64,000 bases of DNA from Paragordius varius (Eukaryota; Animalia; Nematomorpha): positions 8,618,001 through 8,682,000 of the forward strand of contig OZ176054.1 of assembly GCA_964247055.1 (NCBI GenBank), in the 5' to 3' direction. A program made the translations under genes and the position numbers. Positions 1 through 11,400 of this stretch are shown here, in pieces. The notes beneath the pieces are model-generated. The model searched no databases, was not told the origin of the DNA, and saw only the letters and a program-made list of their open reading frames with translations. Numbering within the stretch: position 1 is the first letter of the stretch; each line of letters begins with the position of its first letter.

Positions 1-3000
1 TAATCAACTTCAATCTAATATAGAAGAAAATTGCCAACCAACGGAGATGATTTCAGGCATAGTTGATGGGCAAGAGATCTCTGAAATGCCTGAAAATATT
101 ATGCCTGCGGAAAAAATACTTAAAAAATCCACAACAACGAATATTAGCGCAAAAGCTAAGTCCCAGCTTAACAAATACACTTATTCTGTTAAGAAGGGTG
201 CCATGGACACAATTGACTCTAAAAAAATTGTTCAAAGTCCCGAATATATTTTGTCACCAACACAAAAGGTTTTGTAAAACATATTTTAATAAATATATAT
301 AAACCAAGAGCAATTACCATTTCTAATATTTTAGTATGACTTAATTTGCAATACTATTTGATATTGTGCATACTTTTTAATTTAAATAACTTTATCTTTT
401 AGAAAGTTCCAAAGATTAAACGACCTCAACTTCATTTAATTTCCCCCATGGCTGATAGTTTATTTTATGAAGAATTGGTGAATGATGCTCTGAGCATAAA
501 GGATTGGCAAACTATTAATCCCTGGCAATACAGATTAGGTGTCATATTTTTATTAATTACGTTTTAAAATTTTAATGTAAGTGGATATTTGATTTGTCTG
601 TTTTAAACTAACAGAGTAGATATTAAATTATAACCAAATAATTAACTTTTATCTAAAATACCCAAAACTATAACATTTGCAACTCAAATTCACCCTTAAA
701 CAATCTGAAACCACCCTCGAGCAATTCTAATTTACCCTCGAACGTTTCATATTCATTCTTGAGCAATTCAAATCATCTTAAAAAATATGTTTTTGTATAT
801 TAAAATTTTTTATATTTTTTACATTTTTATAAAATATCTAAAATTAATATGATACTAAAATAACCATAAAGAAATTTTCAAATTAATGATAAGTTATTTT
901 AGCCCGAAAAAACATAATTTATTTTAGGTTGAATTTGAATCGCAAGGGTGAATTTGATTAGTTCAATGGTAATTTAATTGTTCAAGGGTGAATTTGGGTG
1001 ATTTTAATTTAATTTTCAGGGTCATATCTTTATTTAATATACATTTAAGTTGGTTAAGTCTCGCCCGCTGAGTTTTATTTTATGCGTAATGGTTGTATGA
1101 GCACCTATTATTTTACTATTGTTGTGATCTAGTTAAGTAAATCCATAACATTGAACCCAAAATTATCTATAATGAATTTGTGTTTTAAATATGTGCGAGT
1201 ATGTAGCTTTGGCATTTAATTATTGTTATCTGTTACCTTTACTGTTTGAGCACTTTTTGTGGACCCAAATACAAGATTTTCTTGAAATATATTAATTTAT
1301 TCGGTGTGACGGATAGATAAAGGATTTAAATAAAATTATAATGTTCCTTTATGAAAATGCAGAAAGCTGCGCTAAAACAACAATCGGTAATATATATTAC
1401 TTTTGTATCAATATTGGCTTCCATCAGGGCTCACAACGTTAAGTCCGTTACTTTTAAAATTATGGCTTCCAACCGGAACCCAGTTTCTGAGATTTTAGCA
1501 GGAACCGGTTCCTGGGTTAGAATTAACCCGGTCCCGCTTCCTCAGAAACCACCCCGGTTAACCAAAATTTTAGGAAACGCCCCGGTTCCATTTTTAAAAT
1601 CTTAGCAACCAGGCCAGTCTTGGTTTCAATTTTTGACTTTGGTTATGTAACTAAAGACATTTCCACCCAAGGAATATGTTACACACAGATGATTTGATAA
1701 TCACAAAAAAACAGCACACGAAGAAGTCAAAAGCTCATTCCTTCAATGGCACTTCTGTTACCGAAAGTATAGATTATGAACCAATGTACCAAAAACAAAA
1801 GTAATGATTATAGGAGATGAATACATAACTGTAAAATATTCATGCTCTATTTCTCACACCAAGATAACAACAAATGTCATTTTATGCATATCTTGTAAAT
1901 TTAATTCCACAAAAGGTGCTCTAAACATTAAAAGAACACAAGATATTATCTAATAATTTATCAATATCAATTCATAGAATATTTGAAGGAAGAACCATCA
2001 ACCTTTTATGTAATAAGCCCAAAAGATGTTATTGTTGGACGCACTCGAACCGAACAAGATCATATTCGGTGGATGGAGAATCATGGACAACTGGGTGAAG
2101 CTTTTAGAAAATCTCTAGCCTTTTATATTAGTATCGTGAATCAATTAGATATTAAAAGTATGTTTTATAATACAATTTATTGTAAATTGTTTAGTTTAAA
2201 GGATAGATTGTAGGTTTACTCTTCGTCAATTTTTTATTTTGGTAAATTCTCGAGACTTTAATGATTAACATAATTATTTTGAGCAGCCATTTCCGTTTGC
2301 TCTGCCATATATTTTATTTAAGATTTTTTAAATTTTTAAAACTGCGTTAATAGGTTTGACACAAATTAATACTTAATTTTAGGTTCTTTTTGTTTAAAAC
2401 TTAATCATCTTAACACTGAATTCAAATATAGTTTATACATATACATTATCGATTCCCTTTTGCAAAAAATTAAATTTTTTTTAATAAGTTTAAATTATAA
2501 TAAAATCAGGATCGCACTATGATTATATTTTGGCATGTATCATGCCATGATTTTGATTGCACTGAATATCAAAGTGCGACATAAGTAGGCTCTTTATAGC
2601 TCGTGTAAGAAAAAATATATATGATTCATCCTTTATTTTTCTAATGATATTTTGTATTTATTGAATGATTTAAGTAAATCAGATAAATATAAGAGGAGGG
2701 GGGCGGATTGAAAAAAAATATGGGGAAGAATCGCCACACAATATAAAAAATATAGTTGAATTTTTAATTTTAAGTCCGTATCCTTTTTGTTTAATTAAAT
2801 TTAGTACTTTATAGCTTACAACAATATTTTAAATATTATATTTTTTTATAAAAATAGTTAAATACCCATTTTTAATTGATTTTCCATTTTTATCTAAAAG
2901 CTCATCAGTTATTTCAATCAAAAAAAATATTTCAATTTTAACATTGGCTCAATATTTATTTCATACAGCCAATTTTTACAATGTTTAGAGACAAATTATA

Positions 3001-5441
3001 TGACTGAAGATATGTATCAAGGCTTGTCATTAGTGTATGAACTTTTAAAAAAATATGTCGAAAACTTGGTTACAATTGATTCCGAATATGATATGGCAGC
3101 TAGCTTAATAATCTATCCTTATTATCGATACCCGTTTATTATGGACTCGGATGAATTTGATACTAAAAGTAAATTGATACCTTATTATATAATTTTTGCT
3201 TTTGAAAGATCCTAAATGCAAATATATATATCTTTTATTCTTTTCCTGAAATCAAATGTAAATTACGCAACACAAGAAAAACTATAGAAAATACTGAAAA
3301 AATACTAACCGGTCTGACAACTCATAGATGTAGTCACCCGTGGTCATAAACGCAGTCATTATTATAAAAAATGTAAAATATATTTTGTAATTACATATAA
3401 AATCAAGTTAACGTTTAAAATGGTTTAAATTTTAAAAAGAGTTGAAACTGATATTTGATATAATTTGAAATATCACAGTTTTGTTTGTATTAAATTTAAT
3501 TTTTAAACTGGTATTTTCTAAAATTCAATCGAAATGTTTAGCTAGTTATTTTTCTAAGGCGTCACGCCATTAAATACTTTCATGACCGGTTAGTCCTAAC
3601 CAACCCACACTCTTCTACTCTAAAATTATTTAACAAGTTATCTACTTAGTCATATCTTGTGTTTTATAAAGCTGTAAATTAAAATAAGTGATTTTGTCTG
3701 TAGGTAAATTTTAGACAAAAAGTTTGAAAAAATGCCGAGATTGAGAAAAATCTTGATTTAAAATAAAAAAAATTATAAGTTTTGGTCAAAAAGTGTTGAG
3801 TTTGAAAAAATATATATAATAATTAAACTTATTCAGACCTTCCCATATTAACACCAAATTATGAAATGAAGATTAGAGACACTTTAATTGATTTGTGGAT
3901 TTGCGTTATACAATTATACGATCAATCAAAAAAATTGCTTAGTCTTGTATCAATAAACGATAATGGACAAAATCATACAGATACAAGCTCTAACATTTTA
4001 AACATTCCACCAATCAATGCTAATAAAAATGTAAATTAATATTTTATATAAACTATTAATCTATATATTTCATGCTTTAATAGCTAGAGAAGAACCATTA
4101 AATTTAGATCCCTTTTATGTTAAATAAGCGCAATTACCCTCATTTTCCATAATAAAAGTACGATTTAACCCAAAGAGTACATTTTTCAGCCATATTTGCC
4201 TTCATAAAAAGGCTTGAATTAATATTTTGTTTTTGTTTTGTGAAAATTGCTTAAAGTCAACATATAAGATTTTTTGTGCATTTTCAATATCAAATGTTTT
4301 AGACAAAACTGTATATTACGATTGAACTCGATGCAAAATGGTATCATTGTATAATTAAACATTGTATAACTCAAAGTCACCAATCGCAATCAATCAAAGC
4401 GACCAAGGTTTACCTTATCATATTTTGAAATGTTGATATTTATTAAATTTCCTTTTATTAATTATCATTTATACATAATTTAGAATTGTATTAAATCAAA
4501 TTTGAATTTGTTTTAATAATATTAACACTTTTTTACCATATTAACAAAAATACAAATTCATAATATTTCCCTTAAAATATTGCACCAAATTGGTGCAATT
4601 AATGTAATTTTTTTTGAATTAAATATATTTTGCCCCTTTTCTAAAATTATTGAAAATATACATATAATCTTACTTACTTACTTGATACTTGATGGCTTTT
4701 TGACTTCATGTTTGAAAGTTTTCATTTGCGGTCTTATTCCAAAGGTCCTTATCTAGACATTTGGTAATGTCGAGGTTTAGTATTTTTATGTCATTTTTAA
4801 TGTTGTCGCTCCAGGAATGTGTTGGGCGCCCTTTGCTGTTGTTTCCAAAGGGTTGTATGTGCTAAATGGTTTGGAGAGGGTGGTCGGTTTTTCTTCTTTC
4901 AATGTGACACAAGTATTTAAACCTGCTTCTTTGTATAAACTTTTCTATTGTGTCATTTTTGTGTTTAAGATGAATATTGTAGTCAGAACAGCAAGCTTTA
5001 ATTATTTTGTTTTCCGTATTTATCATTTTGTCAAGATTTGTTTTATTTAGGGGCCATGTTTCGGTGGCGTAAGTAAGAGCTGGCCTGTCACCTGCTTTGT
5101 ATATTAGCCATCTATAATTTATTTGCTTTTATTAGATGACCATTAATATTATATTATATCTTTTATCACTTAGGTTTTGAAAGATATTATAACAAAACTA
5201 CCAACCAATCTGTATGATACGGGTTACATTATAGAAACCTTGAAAGATACATTACATTCAAATTCCCAAAACTCTCCCGAACTCCTATTATGTTTGGCCC
5301 TATTGTAACTTTTTTTTGAAATTATTGAAAAACAATACATGTAATCGGAACCGGAATAATTTCTTTTCAGGCCGTTTATAAACCGAAACCAGGGTTCTAA
5401 AAATATTTTTATTAGTATTAATACCATGTTAACAATATTAT

Positions 5442-5482
<41 letters not shown>

Positions 5483-8400
5483 TATTTTTAAAAATTCTTT
5501 AAAAAGGTAGCGCACAATAAAATTTTGTTGTGTTAATATCATTTATATTGAATGTATGCTCATTTAGCTACATCGGTATTCAAAATTCAGTAATATTATG
5601 ATTAAACCCTCCCTATCTGCCAAAAACATTTTATCACTTAAATTTTTTGGACTATAATCTTGTTTTATAAGTCTCAAATCGGATTCACAAACAAAAAATT
5701 TTGGATAGCCGGTAGCAGTTCCGGTTTTAATCCCAGAATAATTTGACTTATATCATATGAATTAGATACATTAACAACAAAGATTATATGGACGCTTTGA
5801 AAATATATGTGGAATGTAATTGTAAGCTTGAAACATTTGGAATTTTAGAGCATGATGCTAAAAACCAAATCTTTTTACTTCAAAAATTGGTGAAAGCTGT
5901 CGAGATAGGAGAACAGTGCTCAATTTATTCGCTGTTTGCCATAGACCCTGAGAGAACTATCGGATTGTTAATCAAAAACAGATTTGATGTAAATGAATAT
6001 TTATACCATTATATATTCTTTAATATCATTTATCTTAAACGCCGTATTATTTGATTTTCGATTTATTATAAATTATTTAATCTAATTTTATTGTAAAATT
6101 AGATTAATATACCTAATTATGTGTTAAGTTGAACGATCGATTTAAATCAGTTAAAGTTTTAGTTGAAATACTGTTTCCAAGTTATTTTAAAGATAAAAAA
6201 ATATTTTAACACAAAGTTAATCAATTGGGATCCATGTTAATTTCTATAAAGCAGCATGATTATTAAGTTTTGTCTCAACTTAAGCTTGCTTTTATTTTTT
6301 ATGTTCTCAATATAGTTTTAAATACTTATCTCAATTATTTTATTTTCTTATTATACGTTAATGTTTTGCTGAAATTATATTAATTTAGTTAAACCTAGAT
6401 GATATCCTTCAATTGCTAGCAAAATATGATATCAAATTGGAGCTACAATATTTACATGCCTTGTTTGAAACAGATAATACATTTGGTAAAAGATATCACG
6501 ATTTGCAAGTAATGTTACCTTTGTATAATACAGATTGAGCTTTACATCAAATATGATACATGGAAATTATTAAGTTTCCTAAAACGCAGTCAACATTATG
6601 ATTTACAAAAGGCTTTGGATTTATGCCTCAAACACAAATTGTACCGTGAATCTATTTATATTTATGGTAATTTCTCAATCGGAAATATTTTAATGTTAAA
6701 ATTTTGGTATTGTTAACACGCCGTAAATGTTTAGCAAATTTATAGAAAAAATATACTATATGTTTTATCCTATAAGTTTTTTGGTTTGATTAGGACATTT
6801 TAAGAAAATATTATAATTTTTATCTATAGTAAAAACTGGTAATACAAAGAAAGCTTTGTATCTCCTGGTTAAAAGTCTTAAAGATGTAAACGGTGCTATA
6901 ACATTTTGTAAAGAACATGATGAAATCGAACTTTGGCAGGAACTGATTCAACTTTCAATCGATAACCCTGGTATATTTTAAGTGATTTTTTTAGTAATAA
7001 GCTTAAACTTAAAGTTTTTTTATTGCAATAAGGTAAATAAATGGTAGATTACATGATCAAATTGTAAATATTTGCTATTAAAGGAATTTTTAAAATGCGT
7101 CAGCTAATGGTATATTCAATTATACATTGCTTTTACAGTAAAATATGTAATTATCTGGACGAATTTTTTAACTAACGGACATAATTTTTTTATAAGAGAC
7201 AGAGTGTTAAAATCAAAAGATTAAAATTTTTAATTGGCGGACAAATTTTTTATTATACGGACAAATTTTTTTTTAACGGACAAATTTTTTTTTATACGGA
7301 CAAATTTTCGATTATACGGACAAATTTTTTTTTATACGGACATAAATCCGAAATATAATAGGGTAAAAGGATCACTTATCTATAACACTGGACAACATTT
7401 CTGCCACTCGAGTTTTTTGCATTTTTTGATATTTAGTATCATTCTAACAGTAAGTCTAAAATAAAATTTATAACTCCTTCTAAGAATTTTGTATAATTTG
7501 ATAGTTTTGATTATGCGCCCTCTTTATCAATATTTTACTAAAAAATGTTTTTATTTGAAAATATACAAGTAATGCCCATTTGTAATATAAAAAAGTAATA
7601 AAAACATTATAAAATATATACTAATAGGTATTACATCGACACTTATTATTGGACACAGATAGCTACAAACGCGCGAAGCGAGAACATTTTTTTAAATATT
7701 ATAATTTTAAAACTGGATGAAAATAGCTCAAACTTTGTTTAGTTGGTGATGAATGTCCAAAAAAGATAACACAAGAAAGTTTTTTTGTGTGAAATATTTT
7801 TTTATTGCTTTTATGTCACTCAAAACAGCCATTTTTCGGTTTTTTGTTTTTTAAAAATTACCATCTCATCAATAATAATTTATTTTCTTTACGAGGCTGA
7901 TTATTTCGAAATTTTAAAGATAAAAACAAAGTTTAAGGTATTTTTGATCTTTTATAGCCATTTACAGTTATAATTATGCATTTTAGTATCCACTAGGTAA
8001 AATATTTATGATAATAATAATAATTTTAAAAAGACAAACCAAAAGCTGTTTCAAACATTTTTTTTAATTTAAATTCTTATATAACGCTATTAATTATATT
8101 AAAATAATTTATATGATTTTCAAAATAGTTTGTCTGCGAAAATTCTTGATTTATATAAGGATTGAAAATTTCGACCTTAAATCCAAATAACTTTTATATC
8201 CGATGATATAAATGACTTTCCACCATTAAGATGCAGTGTTTTGCGCACTTTCGAATGATATAAAATTCATGGCTTCATATCTAAAACTTTTAATTTAAAA
8301 ATTCGAGTTTAATGTTAAATCGGGGCTAAAAATTATCGATAAACTCTAATATTAAAAAAATCTTTAATGCTAGACCAATTCTCTTTTAAGATATACTAAT

Positions 8401-11400
8401 TATGTACTTTAATGAAATAAATTTTAAATTTACAAGAATGGCAGTTAAATAAAGTTAAAATTGTTGTCTAGTGTAATATTGATAAATAATAACCCTATGA
8501 ATTCTAGTCGGTTAAATGTTTACTTTGTATTTTATAAGAAGCTTTAAAATTATAACATAGCATTTGATATTCACCGACTTAAGAATAAACCATTTTTGAT
8601 TTAATATTAACTAATATATTAAATGAATAGGATATAATAAATCTCGTATTTAACTAAGGCACAATATTATTTCATTTGCATTCTATTTGTAAAATTAAGA
8701 AAAACCGTATCATTACTATATTCATTTTAAAGAAACCTCTTTACTATTGAAAAATAATAATTCAATTTTTCATCTTATTTTTACAATGTTTCCATTCTTA
8801 TAATAAGGTTTAATCGAAAATATCAATAGTCTGGGCTTCTACACTGACTGTATTATGTAACATATCAACTCTCTTTATTATATTGTTAGGTGGGACAACT
8901 TTCAATTAACGACATGATGGGACTCTTCTTAATATTAAACATCTACCGTATAAGCTCAATAAGCAGACGAGTAAATACTAATCGTCTGCTTTTAACATCA
9001 ATTATAACTGCAATATAATGTAATAGAGACAATAATTTATTAATATAATATTTATATGAAAATAACATCAAAATAAATCGATGGTAAAAAATTCCATATT
9101 TAAATCTTTCTTATTTTGGGCTCGTAATTTGTGTTTAAATTCATGGAAAATACACTCAATAGGGTTTAATTGAGGTGAATATGGTGGCAAAAAAATTAAA
9201 TTTTCGAATTCTTTATTTCGAGAATAACGATGAATAGGGGCATTATCCAAAATTATATAGGATGTTGAAGGTATTATTCTAAAACATTCCTGTAAAAAAT
9301 GATATATATCATCCCCATTGTATGGGTCAGATTTATATTCATATTTTATCATTCTGTTTATTCCAATCATAGCCAAATAGTTTAATTCAGATGAAGATGG
9401 CGATGACGGTGAGAATGATGGTGAGCGTATAATTGAACGATTTTCTGTGCAATCATCATAAAATTCTAAAGGTGAAATAATATATTACCATAGGTGTGAT
9501 CCATTAATAATTACTATAGGCCGAATAAAGAGTATTAAATATAGATAATGTTAAAGTTTATTAAAATTGATTAAATTAAGATGAAAAGATTATGGATACA
9601 CGTAAAAAAATATTAATTAGTTAATAATTTATCATAAATTAAATTTGATTATATTTAAGATGAAAAGACTATGGGTACAAAAAGAACAAAATTATTAATT
9701 AATAAAATTAATAAATTTCGAAATTTGATATGTGTACTAGGTTTTTTGACAGGCGAGCAATAGATTTATACATATATTTAACGTATACATATTATTGGTA
9801 GTCTATTTACTTTATTTTTTGTTCCCGTTTGGCGATAGTTGCGTATTGATTAAAACATCGAATAGTTAAATTTACATTTTTTTTATCTTACAACCATAAC
9901 TAAATATTTAAATACGGCCAAATTTATTTTATGTTATAAACTACTGTATTATCATAAGACATAAGTCAAATATAAAAATGGAATTAGGTACCGAATATGA
10001 GTTCATTTTAATGAACGCCCCTGTCAAAAAACCTAGTACACATATCAAATTTCGAAATTTATTAATTTTATTAATTAATTATTTTGTTCTTTTTGTACCC
10101 ATAGTCTTTTCATCTTAAATATAATCAAATTTAATTTATGATAAATTATTAACTAATTAATATTTTTTTACGTGTATCCATAATCTTTTCATCTTAATTT
10201 AATCAATTTTAATAAACTTTAACATTATCTATATTTAATACTCTTTATTCGGCCTATAGTAATTATTAATGGATCACACCTATGGTAATATATTATTTCA
10301 CCTTTAGAATTTTATGATGATTGCACAGAAAATCGTTCAATTATACGCTCACCATCATTCTCACCGTCATCGCCATCTTCATCTGAATTAAACTATTTGG
10401 CTATGATTGGAATAAACAGAATGATAAAATATGAATATAAATCTGACCCATACAATGGGGATGATATATATCATTTTTTACAGGAATGTTTTAGAATAAT
10501 ACCTTCAACATCCTATATAATTTTGGATAATGCCCCTATTCATCGTTATTCTCGAAATAAAGAATTCGAAAATTTAATTTTTTTGCCACCATATTCACCT
10601 CAATTAAACCCTATTGAGTGTATTTTCCATGAATTTAAACACAAATTACGAGCCCAAAATAAGAAAGATTTAAATATGGAATTTTTTACCATCGATTTAT
10701 TTTGATGTTATTTTCATATAAATATTATATTAATAAATTATTGTCTCTATTACATTATATTGCAGTTATAATTGATGTTAAAAGCAGACGATTAGTATTT
10801 ACTCGTCTGCTTATTGAGCTTATACGGTAGATGTTTAATATTAAGAAGAGTCCCATCATGTCGTTAATTGAAAGTTGTCCCACCTAACAATATAATAAAG
10901 AGAGTTGATATGTTACATAATACAGTCAGTGTAGAAGCCCAGACTATTGATATTTTCGATTAAACCTTATTATAAGAATGGAAACATTGTAAAAATAAGA
11001 TGAAAAATTGAATTATTATTTTTCAATAGTAAAGAGGTTTCTTTAAAATGAATATAGTAATGATACGGTTTTTCTTAATTTTACAAATAGAATGCAAATG
11101 AAATAATATTGTGCCTTAGTTAAATACGAGATTTATTATATCCTATTCATTTAATATATTAGTTAATATTAAATCAAAAATGGTTTATTCTTAAGTCGGT
11201 GAATATCAAATGCTATGTTATAATTTTAAAGCTTCTTATAAAATACAAAGTAAACATTTAACCGACTAGAATTCATAGGGTTATTATTTATCAATATTAC
11301 ACTAGACAACAATTTTAACTTTATTTAACTGCCATTCTTGTAAATTTAAAATTTATTTCATTAAAGTACATAATTAGTATATCTTAAAAGAGAATTGGTC

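Noticed and set aside
1351-1625. 84-aa ORF and AACCGG-rich cluster
   Set aside because: The ORF is a by-product of repeated aaccggttcc motifs also seen near 5345, 5710 and 58455. Probably a DNA-transposon relic; no paired ends found.
1740-1960. Possible Penelope GIY-YIG relic (TTNVILCISCK)
   Set aside because: One weak motif in a broken frame.
4031-4450. Missing VPS41 exons (AREEPLNLDPFY, ELDAKWYH fragments)
   Set aside because: Plausible similarity, but I could not find a phase-consistent splice path.
7234-7464. ORFs 7234-7464 and 12341-12532
   Set aside because: Translations of the 20-bp subterminal repeats.
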